Part shown: positions 1 through 9,296 of the stretch, piece after piece
How positions within the stretch are numbered: position 1 is the stretch's first letter
Layout of the letters: every line of letters starts with the position of its first letter
DNA from: an uncultured Actinomycetes bacterium
Lineage (GTDB): Bacteria > Actinomycetota > Actinomycetes > Acidothermales > Acidothermaceae
Assembly: GCA_963825425.1 (NCBI GenBank)
Contig: CAWGTF010000012.1
Coordinates: 77,186-141,185 of the forward strand
Direction of reading: 5' to 3'
Length of the DNA stretch: 64,000 nucleotides
Translations under genes and position numbers: made by a program
Notes under the pieces: generated by a model
Seen by the model: the letters and a program-made list of their open reading frames with translations, nothing else
What the model was told of the DNA's origin: nothing
Databases searched by the model: none

Positions 1-29
1 GACGCGTGTCACAACTCTCAGTGCAGACT

Positions 30-45
30 ATACCCCTAGGGGTAT
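30..45. promoter_or_regulatory. Candidate CsoR/CstR-family operator: perfect 16-bp palindrome ATACCCCTAGGGGTAT
   Basis: Seen directly at 30-45, 117 nt upstream of the ATG at 162. A one-mismatch copy lies at 2200-2215, upstream of the operon that encodes a DUF156 repressor. ATACC..GGTAT palindromes with a G/C core are what I recall for CsoR/CstR-type operators. Confidence 0.45.
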
Positions 46-161
46 CTGTTAGCCTGTTGAGAGATGCCCAAATTCGCGGGCTGCTCACAAGATCCGGCGC
101 AGCCGCCCTAACGCGGCTGGTCGCCACCGAGGAGACAAGGCACCGTCCCAGGAGGAGCCTC

Positions 162-803
162 ATGAGCGACACCGACCACCCGCACGGCCACGGGCACGCC
201 GGGGAGCACCCGTCGGCAGGCACCGACGTCGCAGCGATGTGGGACGAGCGCTATGCCACGGAATTCTGGCCCACCGACCCCGACCCCCTCCTCGTCCAGC
301 TCGTTGCCGGCCTCGCGTCCGGTGCGGCGCTGGACCTCGGGTGCGGCACCGGTCGCAACGCCGTGTGGCTCGCCCAGCACGGCTGGACCGTGACCGGCGT
401 AGACAGCTCCAAGGTCGGGCTCGCGCAGGCGAATGAACGGGCGCAGCAGACCGGAGGTGGCCTGACCACCGTCTGCGCAGACCTGACCACTTTCAGGACG
501 GCCGACGCTTACCAGCTCGTCGTCCTGGCCAACATGCACCTGCCCGCAGACGCCCGTGACCACCTCTTCGCGACAGCTGCGCATGCGGTCGCACCTGGTG
601 GTCACCTGTACGTCGTGGGACACCACGTCGCGTCCTTGGGGCTTGCCGGCCCCCCCGACCCCGAACGCCTCTTCACCGAGGCAATGCTCGCGAGTGCGTT
701 TCCGGAGCTCACGACCCAGCAGCTGGGTCGGACTCAGCAGGGGGACACCTCTGAGCACTCTTCCGCCGGCGACGTGTACCTGTGGGCGGTACGGCAGGCG
801 TGA
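162..803 (+). CDS. Class I SAM-dependent methyltransferase (TehB-like)
   Basis: ORF 6..803. I moved the start to ATG 162, which follows GGAGGAG (151-157). LDLGCGTGRNAVWLA matches SAM-binding motif I, and the protein is about 213 aa. Confidence 0.8.
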   Translation: MSDTDHPHGHGHAGEHPSAGTDVAAMWDERYATEFWPTDPDPLLVQLVAGLASGAALDLGCGTGRNAVWLAQHGWTVTGVDSSKVGLAQANERAQQTGGGLTTVCADLTTFRTADAYQLVVLANMHLPADARDHLFATAAHAVAPGGHLYVVGHHVASLGLAGPPDPERLFTEAMLASAFPELTTQQLGRTQQGDTSEHSSAGDVYLWAVRQA

Positions 804-1231
804 CCTCAGTGCGACGTTGGATGCGTCCGTCGTACCTGGCGCACGCCCTCTTCGTCGCGGCGGCGCTGATGGCGCCATGGACTTTGTACCTGGCGATCAC
901 GCTGCCGCGGCACTACTCGGCCCATCACTACTGGCTCGGCTGGGCCGGCTTCGACGTCGGATTGGTCGCCGTCCTCGTGACCACCGGGCTGTCGATCAGA
1001 CGAGAGAGCCCCGATGTCACGCGCTACGCGGCGGTCGCGGCGGCGATGCTCGTCATCGACGCCTGGTTCGACGTCCTCAACGCAGCTACCGGCGCTGAGG
1101 TGGTGGTCGCTGCGGCGATGGCGGTCTTCGTCGAGCTGCCTTTGGCGTACATCTGCTGGCAGTTGTCCGTACGAAGAACGCGGCCCGGCCGAGTGGAGGT
1201 CAGTGGCGGGTCGGCGGGGGATCAAACGTGA
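800..1231 (+). CDS. Small integral membrane protein, family not recognised
   Basis: ORF 782..1231. GTG 800 overlaps the upstream TGA (GTGA coupling). Four hydrophobic helices are visible (e.g. LFVAAALMAPWTLYLAI, VGLVAVLVTTGL, AAVAAAMLVIDAWF, VVVAAAMAVFVELPLAYI). Confidence 0.6.
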   Translation: MTSVRRWMRPSYLAHALFVAAALMAPWTLYLAITLPRHYSAHHYWLGWAGFDVGLVAVLVTTGLSIRRESPDVTRYAAVAAAMLVIDAWFDVLNAATGAEVVVAAAMAVFVELPLAYICWQLSVRRTRPGRVEVSGGSAGDQT

Positions 1232-1280
1232 GGTCCACAACCCGATGTAGATCGGGTGCCGTTGGCTCGGGTGGTGCGGC

Positions 1281-1590
<310 letters not shown>

Positions 1591-1722
1591 TCAAGTCGTC
1601 GGCGCCGCCGCCGTCAGTGCCGCGAGCGCTGCGTTCAGCCTGACAGCGATCTCGTCGACGACGGCCTGCAGGGCCGGGTTCTCCGAGATGCTGACCATGG
1701 TCATCGGGTCGATGGCTTCCAC
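1591..1722 (-). CDS. Small ORF (43 aa, VEAIDPMTMVSISENPALQAVVDEIAVRLNAALAALTAAAPTT) between the thioredoxin and regulator genes
   Basis: It falls below the ORF-track length cutoff. GTG start at 1722 and TGA at 1591-1593. Third-codon-position GC is very high (about 88% by eye), like real genes here. No family recognised. Confidence 0.4.
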   Translation of the reverse strand: MEAIDPMTMVSISENPALQAVVDEIAVRLNAALAALTAAAPTT

Positions 1723-1777
1723 GACGGTGCCCTGGCGTCGTCAAACGGCCGGTCCAGGACGACCGAGGTGCCGCAGG

Positions 1778-2170
1778 TCACGACTGCGCCATCGTCTGGT
1801 CGGCGTTCATAGCTGCCTGGTCGGCGATCTGTCGGCGGACGTCGTCCATGTCTAGGGCGCGCACTCGCTCGATGACGTGCTGCAGGGCTGCCTTCGGCAA
1901 GGCGCCCGGCTGGGAGAACACCAGGATGCCTGCGCGGAACGCCATCAGGGTCGGGATCGAACTGATACCGGCGGCGCCGGCCAGACCCTGCTCGGCCTCG
2001 GTGTCGACCTTGCCGAACACGATGTCCGGGTGTTCATGCGACGCCGCCTCGAACACCGGACCGAACTGTCGGCACGGTCCGCACCAGGACGCCCAGAAGT
2101 CGACGAGCACGATGTCGTTGTCGAGCACGGCGGTCTCGAAGGTGTTGGCGGTCAGTGCGAGCGTAGCCAT
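1778..2170 (-). CDS. Thioredoxin
   Basis: WCGPC active site and a thioredoxin-fold N-terminal 105 aa, followed by a short C-terminal extension. Confidence 0.9.
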   Translation of the reverse strand: MATLALTANTFETAVLDNDIVLVDFWASWCGPCRQFGPVFEAASHEHPDIVFGKVDTEAEQGLAGAAGISSIPTLMAFRAGILVFSQPGALPKAALQHVIERVRALDMDDVRRQIADQAAMNADQTMAQS

Positions 2171-2199
2171 GGGTCACGTCCTTGGTGTGCGGTGGCGGT

Positions 2200-2215
2200 A
2201 TACCCCTATGGGTAT
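2200..2215. promoter_or_regulatory. Second copy of the candidate DUF156 operator (ATACCCCTATGGGTAT)
   Basis: 15 of 16 bases match the palindrome at 30-45. It lies 30 nt upstream of the thioredoxin start (2170, minus strand), consistent with autoregulation of a trx / small ORF / regulator operon. Confidence 0.45.
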
Positions 2216-2592
2216 TGTAACGGGCTGACCAGGGTTCCATTCCGAGTCAGGAGCCGCCGAAGCGCTCGACGGAGCCATTGCAGCTTTTCCGGCTCGTCGA
2301 CACTTTTCGCTCGTGTACGACGGGCGGTCGGCCTGTCGACGCGGCGTGGAGCATTACGACAGCCACCTCTAGCTACAGGAGGCTGTGGCACATCTGCGAT
2401 CTCTCGCAGGAGACATTCGACCGCTGAGCTGTTCGTGCATCGACTCGACGGCACCGTCGAACACCTCTGTGCGCTATCGCGCGAACAAGGAGCACTCTGC
2501 TGTCTCTAGACGAGCCTGTCCCGTTTTCCGGAGGTAGCGCGCACGACCGTGGGGCGGCCAGAGGAGGTTGCGGCGACATGAGCGGCCTACAT

Positions 2593-2620
2593 TACTGCGT
2601 ATCTTTGAAGATTTGCAGTA
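2593..2620. promoter_or_regulatory. AT-rich 28-bp nested quasi-palindrome; candidate ArsR operator and promoter
   Basis: TACTGC-gt-ATCTT-tg-AAGAT-tt-GCAGTA. GC is about 36% in a roughly 70% GC context. A TATTGT (TANNNT-like) element at 2619-2624 ends 6 nt before GTG 2631. Confidence 0.4.
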
Positions 2621-2630
2621 TTGTGGCGAG

Positions 2631-2966
2631 GTGCCGCACAATGCCCGCCCTGTCCATGAGGTGAAGGCAACGTTGTTTCGGGTGCTGGGTCATCCGGCGC
2701 GGGTGCGGATTCTTGAGTTGTTGCGCGACGGTGAGCGCTCGGTCGGGGTCTTGCAAGGGGATCTCGATCTTGACTCCGGCAGTACGTCGCGGCATCTCGC
2801 GGCGTTGCGGCGGATCGGGTTTGTTCAGTCGCGTCGCGACGGAACTACTGTCTTTTACCGTGTCGATGATGAGCGGGTCTTCGACCTGCTTGAGGCTGGC
2901 CGGGACATCATCACCCATCAGTTAGCGCAGCAGCAGTTTCTTCTGCATGACCTCGATTCCTCGTGA
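2631..2966 (+). CDS. ArsR-family transcriptional regulator (M. tuberculosis Rv0081-like)
   Basis: KATLFRVLGHPARVRILELL..ERSVG..STSRHLAALRRIGFVQSRRDGTTVFYRV is a winged-HTH ArsR core. It closely resembles my recollection of Rv0081. The ORF track starts at TTG 2568, but 2590-2625 looks like promoter or operator sequence, so GTG 2631 (or 2661) is preferred. The stop overlaps the next gene's GTG (GTGA). Confidence 0.85.
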   Translation: MPHNARPVHEVKATLFRVLGHPARVRILELLRDGERSVGVLQGDLDLDSGSTSRHLAALRRIGFVQSRRDGTTVFYRVDDERVFDLLEAGRDIITHQLAQQQFLLHDLDSS

Positions 2967-4909
2967 TCGCCGTCCTGTGTTGGCTTGCCGTCGCAGCCAT
3001 CGCGATGGGTGTCGTCGTAACGCTCCTGCGTGGGCCGTGGCGACGTGGTCTTGGGTTGCAAGCTGCCGGCGCCACGATGTTCATCGTCGCCGGTTGCGCG
3101 ACTCTGGCGACTGGACATGCGGTTGGCGCGGTGTTCACGAGTCAGCTCACACCGCGACTCGGTGTCGATCGCCTCTCCGGGGTGTTCTTAGCAACCCTCG
3201 GTCTGGTTGCCGCACCGGCGTTGGCGTATTCCTCTCGGTACCTCGACGGCTCCCGTCGCGGGCGACTGGTCGGTGCGTTGACCGGGGTGTTCGTGCTGGC
3301 GATGGCGGGGCTGCTGTGTGCTCGCGATGCCATTACGTTCCTCGGCAGTTGGGAACTGATGAGTTTGTTGCCGGCCGTGATCATCCTCCTTCACCGCGAC
3401 GCTGACGCGGAGGCACGTCGTAGCGTTTTCATCTACGTCGCGATCACCCACCTCGGCGGGGTCGGTACATGGGTGGCTGTGCTGTTGCTCGCGCATGCGG
3501 GGGCGTTTGGAACGGCCGGTGTCGTCGGGCCAGGGTCTGGCCTGCAGATCGGCATCGCGTTGGCGGCGTTGGTCGGTATGGGCACCAAGGCCGGTCTCGT
3601 GCCGTTGCACGCGTGGTTACCGCGGACGCACCCGATGGCGCCGGCGCCGGTCTCGGCATTGATGAGCGGCGTCATGATCAAGCTTGCGGTGTACGCGATG
3701 ATCCGCGTCTTCGTCGATTGGCTTGGTGTGCTGCCGACCTGGTTCGGCGTCCTCGTCCTCGCCGTCGGTGCGGTGTCCTCCGTCGGAGGCGTCACCTATG
3801 CCTTGTTCCAGCACGAGTTGAAACGGCTGTTGGCGCTGCACTCGATCGAGAACCTCGGCATCATCGTGTTGGGTCTTGGTGCTTGCCTTGTGCTTCGTGC
3901 GCACGGCGAGGATGTCTGGGCTGCGTTTGCGTTGGCTGCGGCACTTCTCCACACCGTCAACCATGCGGTGTTCAAGGCGTTGCTCTTCTTGTGTGCGGGA
4001 TCGATTGAACGATCGGTCGGCTCACTCGAACTCAACCGGCTTGGCGGTCTGTTGCGGCGGATGCCGTGGACCGGCGGAGCGTTTTTCGTCGGGGCGATGG
4101 CGATCGCTGGGTTGCCGCCGTTGAACGGTTTTGCTTCGGAGTGGCTGACGTTGCAGGCGTTGTTACATGTGGTGATGTCGGGTCACGTTGGCGACGGCAC
4201 GGCGGGTGCGGTCGCACTGGCTGCGCTAGGGGCGACAGCAGCGCTCGCAGTGTTTTGTTTCGTCAAAGTGGTTGGTCTCGTGCTGCTCGGTCCGCCGCGG
4301 CGTGCCCATGTTCGCGATGCGCTCGAGGTCGCGGTACCGATGCGCGGCGCTGTCGCAGTACTTGCGTTGGCGTGCATGACGTTGGGTCTCGTGCCGGGTC
4401 TGTTGTTGAGCCGGCTCGTCGCGATCGCTCCTTGGTCGGGCTACGCGCCAGTCCATGCCGGTCTCTACGTGCCCGGCACAGGGTCGTTGCCGACGGTTGG
4501 GATCGCTGTGGTCCTCGTCGTGGTGACCGCGGTGCTGACGCTGCTGCGTGGGCAACGTACCGCCCATGTTGCGCCGACCTGGGTGTGTGGGCAGCCGGTT
4601 GTGCCAGAGCTTCAGTGGTCGAGCGCAGGCTTCACCAAGCCGCTGCGGCTGGTGCTCGAGGTCGTGTTACGACCGCGCCGGGAGATTGACGTGCACACGC
4701 ACGGTGGCGTCGTCACGCAGGTCGCGTATGAGGGCGAGGTGCCCAACCTGATCGACGAGCGGATCTATCGGCCGGTTGCGCGGTGGTCGCTTGCCGGTGC
4801 CGCGTATGCGCGCCGCTTGCAGAGCGGAAGCCTTGGGATGTATGTCGGCTACCTCATCGGCCTGGTGCTTGTCGTCCTGATCGCCGGCCGGATCGGCTGG
4901 CTCGGATGA
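2963..4909 (+). CDS. Group-4 hydrogenase membrane subunit, HyfB/NuoL/MrpA-like proton-conducting antiporter subunit
   Basis: 648-aa polytopic protein with the NuoL/M/N-type core (GTKAGLVPLHAWLPRTHPMAPAPVSALMSGVMIKLAVY). It is translationally coupled on both sides. Confidence 0.85.
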   Translation: MIAVLCWLAVAAIAMGVVVTLLRGPWRRGLGLQAAGATMFIVAGCATLATGHAVGAVFTSQLTPRLGVDRLSGVFLATLGLVAAPALAYSSRYLDGSRRGRLVGALTGVFVLAMAGLLCARDAITFLGSWELMSLLPAVIILLHRDADAEARRSVFIYVAITHLGGVGTWVAVLLLAHAGAFGTAGVVGPGSGLQIGIALAALVGMGTKAGLVPLHAWLPRTHPMAPAPVSALMSGVMIKLAVYAMIRVFVDWLGVLPTWFGVLVLAVGAVSSVGGVTYALFQHELKRLLALHSIENLGIIVLGLGACLVLRAHGEDVWAAFALAAALLHTVNHAVFKALLFLCAGSIERSVGSLELNRLGGLLRRMPWTGGAFFVGAMAIAGLPPLNGFASEWLTLQALLHVVMSGHVGDGTAGAVALAALGATAALAVFCFVKVVGLVLLGPPRRAHVRDALEVAVPMRGAVAVLALACMTLGLVPGLLLSRLVAIAPWSGYAPVHAGLYVPGTGSLPTVGIAVVLVVVTAVLTLLRGQRTAHVAPTWVCGQPVVPELQWSSAGFTKPLRLVLEVVLRPRREIDVHTHGGVVTQVAYEGEVPNLIDERIYRPVARWSLAGAAYARRLQSGSLGMYVGYLIGLVLVVLIAGRIGWLG

Positions 4910-5832
4910 CGGCGTCTACGGTTGCCAGCGGCGCCGTCCAGGTCATCGGCGGACTCGCACTGTCGCCGCTATTGCCTGGCCTGATCCAGCACTGGAAAGC
5001 GCGACTGCAAGGTCGGCGCGGTCCGTCGCCGCTGCAGCCCTACCGCGAGCTTCGTCGGCTATGGAACAAGAGCACCGTCGACGTGGCAGGGACGACCGTG
5101 GTCTACCGGCTCGCGCCGGCCGTGATCGGCGCCTGCCTCGTCGCCGCGGTCGGGCTCGTCCCGGTGAACGCGGTCGGACCCAACCTCGGCGTCGGACACG
5201 ACGTCATCGTGTTGATCGGCCTGCTCGCCCTCGCCCGTTTCGCCGCGGCCGCGAGCACGTGGGATGTCGCCAACGGATTCTCACTGATGGGCGCGAGCCG
5301 CGATCTGACGATTTCCGTGTTCGTCGAGGCGACGTTGCTGTTAGCGCTCGCCGTCGCCGTGATGCTGACGGGCACGTCGAACCTGCTCGGGATGATCGCC
5401 GACACCGCCGGCGGTGCGGTCTGGTCGAGCCCTGCGCTGCCGTTGGGGGCGTTGGCGTTCGGAATTGTTGTCGTTGCGGAGACCGGCCGTCAGCCGTTCG
5501 ACAACCCCGACACCCACCTTGAGCTGACGATGATCCACGAGACACCGCTGCTCGAATATGCCGGTCGCGACCTGGCCTATTTGCAGTGGGCGGCAGCCGC
5601 CCGGCATTGGGTTGTTCTGGTACTCGCTGCGCAGGTCTTCCTCCCGCACCCGCGCGCTGCCTGGGCACAGCTTGCGGTGCTGCCGTTGATGCTTGTTCTG
5701 ATGTGCGGCGCACTCGCTCTTGTCGAGTCGTTGCAGGCCAAGATGCGCGTGCTACTGGTACCTCGCCTGCTCGGTGTGGCGGCGTTGGCTGCGCTACTGG
5801 GTGTCGTCGCCCGTGGGGTCGGTGGGTCGTGA
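4906..5832 (+). CDS. hycD: Group-4 hydrogenase membrane subunit, HycD/HyfC (NuoH-like)
   Basis: ATG 4906 overlaps the upstream TGA (ATGA). LIQHWKARLQGRRGPSPLQPYRELRRLWNK resembles the HycD/NuoH N-terminal signature. The protein is polytopic. Confidence 0.85.
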   Translation: MTASTVASGAVQVIGGLALSPLLPGLIQHWKARLQGRRGPSPLQPYRELRRLWNKSTVDVAGTTVVYRLAPAVIGACLVAAVGLVPVNAVGPNLGVGHDVIVLIGLLALARFAAAASTWDVANGFSLMGASRDLTISVFVEATLLLALAVAVMLTGTSNLLGMIADTAGGAVWSSPALPLGALAFGIVVVAETGRQPFDNPDTHLELTMIHETPLLEYAGRDLAYLQWAAAARHWVVLVLAAQVFLPHPRAAWAQLAVLPLMLVLMCGALALVESLQAKMRVLLVPRLLGVAALAALLGVVARGVGGS

Positions 5833-6440
5833 CGGGTGCCACGGGATGGCTGCTGGTCGGCCTGGGGCTCGGTGTCGTCGTGGTGCGGCGTCGATCGATC
5901 GCGGTCGGTCTCGTGACGACTCAGGCGCTGGTGCTCGCGGCCATCGCGCTGCGCCAAGCCGGCACGGCAAGCGACGTCGTGGCTGGGCTGGCGCTCGCCA
6001 TGCGCGCAGTCGCACTTGGTGCGCTGTTCTTCGTCGCGGTGGTCCGCAGCCGGGAGTCACAGCCGCTGCGAGCGCGTATCCCTCCGATGGCGCGTGTCGG
6101 CGTCGCAGTGGTGTTGATTCTGCTGTTGACGGCGGTGGTACCCGCCTTCGGCCTCACGTCCCGCCCGGCGGAACGGGCGGTTCTTGCCCTCGTCGCCACT
6201 GGTCTGGCGTGTGCTGCGACGCGGCGGTCCACGTTGTTTCAGGTGCTCGGCATCGTGCTCGTCGAGAACGGGCTGGCGCTGGCGGCGATCGAGTCACCGC
6301 ACGCCTCGTCTGTCATCATCGAGCTCGGCGTGACGCTCGACCTGACCCTGATCGTGTGCGTCGCGGCGTTGTTTCATTTGCGCATCTTCAGCGAATTCGG
6401 CGCGGGCGACAGCGCGGCGTTGCGGAGTTTGCGTGACTAG
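5829..6440 (+). CDS. Group-4 hydrogenase membrane subunit, HyfE-like (hycP in M. tuberculosis nomenclature)
   Basis: GTG 5829 overlaps the upstream TGA (GTGA). About 203 aa, all-helical and hydrophobic, with a VENGLALAA motif typical of HyfE/NuoK-like subunits. Confidence 0.75.
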   Translation: MTGATGWLLVGLGLGVVVVRRRSIAVGLVTTQALVLAAIALRQAGTASDVVAGLALAMRAVALGALFFVAVVRSRESQPLRARIPPMARVGVAVVLILLLTAVVPAFGLTSRPAERAVLALVATGLACAATRRSTLFQVLGIVLVENGLALAAIESPHASSVIIELGVTLDLTLIVCVAALFHLRIFSEFGAGDSAALRSLRD

Positions 6441-7896
6441 CACCCAAGCCCTTGCGGTCGTCGTCGTTGCGGTACCGCTTGTGACCGCCGGGCTGGTCAT
6501 TGTTGCACCAACTAAACATCTCACCGTGCTGGCGCGCACCTGTGCCGTCGCGACGTCAGTGCTCGCTGTCGTGCTTGTTGCTGTTGCGGTGAGACACGCC
6601 GGCCATCCGCTGGTCGGTCACTGGATCGTGGTCGACGCCGCGGGTGCGTTGCTGCTCGCCGTTACCGCTGTCGTCGGGCTAGCCAGCGTGTGGATGTCGG
6701 CGTCCTATCTGTATGGCGCCCACAGCTCGTTTGTCGCTGAGAGCCATCGTGACCGCGTCTACTACGCCGTGCTGTTTCTTTTCTGGGCGATGTTGCTCGC
6801 GGTGCCACTGGCCGGCAACCTCGGCGAGGCCTGGCTGCTGGTCGAGGCGACGACCGCGGCGTCCGCGCTGCTGGTGGGGTTCAGCGGCAAAGCACACGCG
6901 CTGGAGGCGGGCTGGAAGTACCTCATCCTCACCTCCCTTGGTCTGGGTATCGCGCTGCTCGGTATCGCGATCCTCGCCGCTGGTGTGCCGACCGGTGGGG
7001 TCAGCGGACTGGCGTGGGGACGGCTGGCGACGTTCGGATCGGGGCGCTCGACCGCGCTGTCGGCATACCTGTTAATCCTGATCGGTCTGGCCGCGAAGAT
7101 CGGATGGGCGCCGGTGCACAACTGGTTGCCCGACGCGCACTCCCAAGCCCCGCCGCCGGTGTCCGCGCTGCTATCGGCCGCCCTGCTACCGACTGTGTTG
7201 CTCGTCGCGTGGCGCACCGACCGTGCGCTCGCGCCGCTGATCGGAGTACCGGCAGCGCAGCGTGTGCTGATCGGATTCGGGCTTGTCTCACTTGCGATCG
7301 CGGTCCCGTTCTTGTGGCGGCCGATGGCATTCAAAAGGCTGCTCGCCTACTCCAGCCTCGAGCATCTCGGGGTGATGGCCCTCGGCGTTGGCTTCGGCAC
7401 CCCGCTTGCACTCGCAGGCGTCGCCCTGCACATCGTGGGACACGCCATCGCCAAAGCGCTGGGCTTCTACGCAGCAACTCCGCTGCTGGCGCACGAGCCG
7501 CGCGCGGCCCGGCACGCGGTCAGCGGCATTGGACGCACTGCACCTTCGCTCGGTGCGACGATGGGCTTGTCGCTCGGCGCCCTGTCAGGGCTGCCGCCGT
7601 CCCCGCTGTTCGTCAGCGAACTACTGATCCTCGCGGGCGGCTTCGAGTCGGGCCGACCGTGGCCGGCTGCTATTGCCGCGGTGCTGCTAGCTCTCGGTTT
7701 CCTCGGGCTGGCGCACGCGACCATCGACACCGTCGTCGGCAAGGCGCATCGTCGCAACCCCGCAGAACCGGCAGGCTTGCGGCTGGTCACCGCCTTGGGT
7801 GGCGTGTCGCTGGTAGTGCTCCTCGGGCTCACTGCAGTGGCGCCGTGGCTCGCGGGCAGCAGCTTCGTCGATGCGCTCGTGCGAGGTGTGCCGTGA
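6433..7896 (+). CDS. Group-4 hydrogenase membrane subunit, HyfF/NuoN-like (hycQ in M. tuberculosis nomenclature)
   Basis: 487-aa polytopic protein with the antiporter core AAKIGWAPVHNWLPDAHSQAPPPVSALLSAALL. It overlaps the upstream gene by 8 nt. Confidence 0.85.
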   Translation: MTSTQALAVVVVAVPLVTAGLVIVAPTKHLTVLARTCAVATSVLAVVLVAVAVRHAGHPLVGHWIVVDAAGALLLAVTAVVGLASVWMSASYLYGAHSSFVAESHRDRVYYAVLFLFWAMLLAVPLAGNLGEAWLLVEATTAASALLVGFSGKAHALEAGWKYLILTSLGLGIALLGIAILAAGVPTGGVSGLAWGRLATFGSGRSTALSAYLLILIGLAAKIGWAPVHNWLPDAHSQAPPPVSALLSAALLPTVLLVAWRTDRALAPLIGVPAAQRVLIGFGLVSLAIAVPFLWRPMAFKRLLAYSSLEHLGVMALGVGFGTPLALAGVALHIVGHAIAKALGFYAATPLLAHEPRAARHAVSGIGRTAPSLGATMGLSLGALSGLPPSPLFVSELLILAGGFESGRPWPAAIAAVLLALGFLGLAHATIDTVVGKAHRRNPAEPAGLRLVTALGGVSLVVLLGLTAVAPWLAGSSFVDALVRGVP

Positions 7897-9296
7897 GCAG
7901 CCCCACCGCTGCGGCGTTTCGAGCCGCTGTTGAGACCGCGCTCGCGCAGGGATGGCGCGCACGCAGCCTTTACGCCGCCGACAGTGGGCGCGTAGTACGG
8001 GTGCTGCTGACCGGACCAGACAATCAGACGCGGTTAGTCAGTGTCGTACCGGACGGCGAAGGCAGCGTCCCGTCGATCGTCGACCTCGCGCCGGCGATGG
8101 GTTGGGACGAACGTGAGGCGCACGATCTATACGGCGTGGGCTTCGCTGGGCACGAGCCGCTTCGGCCGCTGCTCGACCACGCGGCGCCGCTCGAATCGTG
8201 GACCGTCCCGGTGCGCGGGCACGATCCGTACCAGGTGGCGGTCGGACCGATCCATGCCGGCGTCATCGAGTCCGGCCACTTCCGATTCCACGTCGTCGGC
8301 GACAAGATCCTGCACCTCGACGCGCGGCTGTTCTACAAGCACCGCGGCCTCGAACGCGCAGCGGAAGGGTCGACGGCGGCGTCCGCGCTGACCACCATCA
8401 CGCGGGCCTGTGCGGGGTGCACGGTGGCCAACAGTGTGGCGTTCGCAACAGCAGCCGAGCAGACGCGAGGGCTACGCGTGACTCCGGAACTCGCACGGGC
8501 CCGAACATTCTTGGTCGAGATCGAGCGGGTGTGGAACCACCTCAACGACGTAGCCGCGGTCTGCGCGGGGGTCGGGATGGCCGCTGGAAACACATATTTC
8601 CTCGGGCTTACCGAACGCGCCCGCCGACTCAACATGGCTGTCGCCGGCCACCGGTTCCTGTTCGGCAGTGTTGCGGTCGGGCGAAGCGAACTCGTCCTCG
8701 ACGCCGATGCGGTGCGATCGTGTGCGCGGGAACTGGCCGAGATCAACGCCGCCGTCGAAGTCGGGTGGCGTGAGCTCGCCTTCAACGCCTCCTTCCAGGA
8801 CCGACTCGACGCGATCGGCATCATCGATGCACCGACAGTCCGTCGGCTCGGTACCGTCGGCCCGGCGGCCCGTGCCGCTGGCGTTGCCGATGACATCCGC
8901 ACCACGTCGCCCTACCCGAACTACGCCAGCTTTGTGCCGGTCACACCATCGACCGCGACCGGTGACGTGCGGGCGCGGCTCGAGCAGCGAGTACTCGAAC
9001 TGCGACAGTCCTTCGATCTGCTCGACGCGCTCCTCGAGGGTGGACCCGTGGTGCCTGCGGTGGCAGTCACAGACGCCGACCGGCAGCCGATCGGGATTGG
9101 GTTCGTCGAAAGCCCACGTGGTGCAACGAGCTGCGTCATCGAATGCGCCGGCGACTTCGTGTCGCGGGTGCGGCTGCGCACCGGCTCGTACGCCAACTGG
9201 CCGGCCGTCGCGCACGCCGCCGCCGGCAACTTGTTGCCCGACTTTCCCTTAATAAACAAGAGTTTCGAACTGTGCTACGCCTGCGCGGACCGCTGA
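7893..9296 (+). CDS. hycE: [NiFe]-hydrogenase group 4 large subunit (HycE-like; NuoC-NuoD fusion)
   Basis: GTG 7893 overlaps the upstream TGA. The N-terminal part is NuoC-like (GWDEREAHDLYGVGFAGHEPLRPLL). Both Ni-Fe ligand CxxC pairs are retained: RACAGC near the N-terminus of the NuoD-like part and ELCYACADR at the C-terminus. Confidence 0.9.
   Translation: MSSPTAAAFRAAVETALAQGWRARSLYAADSGRVVRVLLTGPDNQTRLVSVVPDGEGSVPSIVDLAPAMGWDEREAHDLYGVGFAGHEPLRPLLDHAAPLESWTVPVRGHDPYQVAVGPIHAGVIESGHFRFHVVGDKILHLDARLFYKHRGLERAAEGSTAASALTTITRACAGCTVANSVAFATAAEQTRGLRVTPELARARTFLVEIERVWNHLNDVAAVCAGVGMAAGNTYFLGLTERARRLNMAVAGHRFLFGSVAVGRSELVLDADAVRSCARELAEINAAVEVGWRELAFNASFQDRLDAIGIIDAPTVRRLGTVGPAARAAGVADDIRTTSPYPNYASFVPVTPSTATGDVRARLEQRVLELRQSFDLLDALLEGGPVVPAVAVTDADRQPIGIGFVESPRGATSCVIECAGDFVSRVRLRTGSYANWPAVAHAAAGNLLPDFPLINKSFELCYACADR

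Noticed and set aside
2171-2567. Searched the trx/ArsR divergent intergenic region for a DosR-type box (GGGAC-N-GTCCC), as known upstream of M. tuberculosis Rv0081.
   Set aside because: Only an isolated GTCCC half-site (about 2517-2521) was seen, with no inverted partner.
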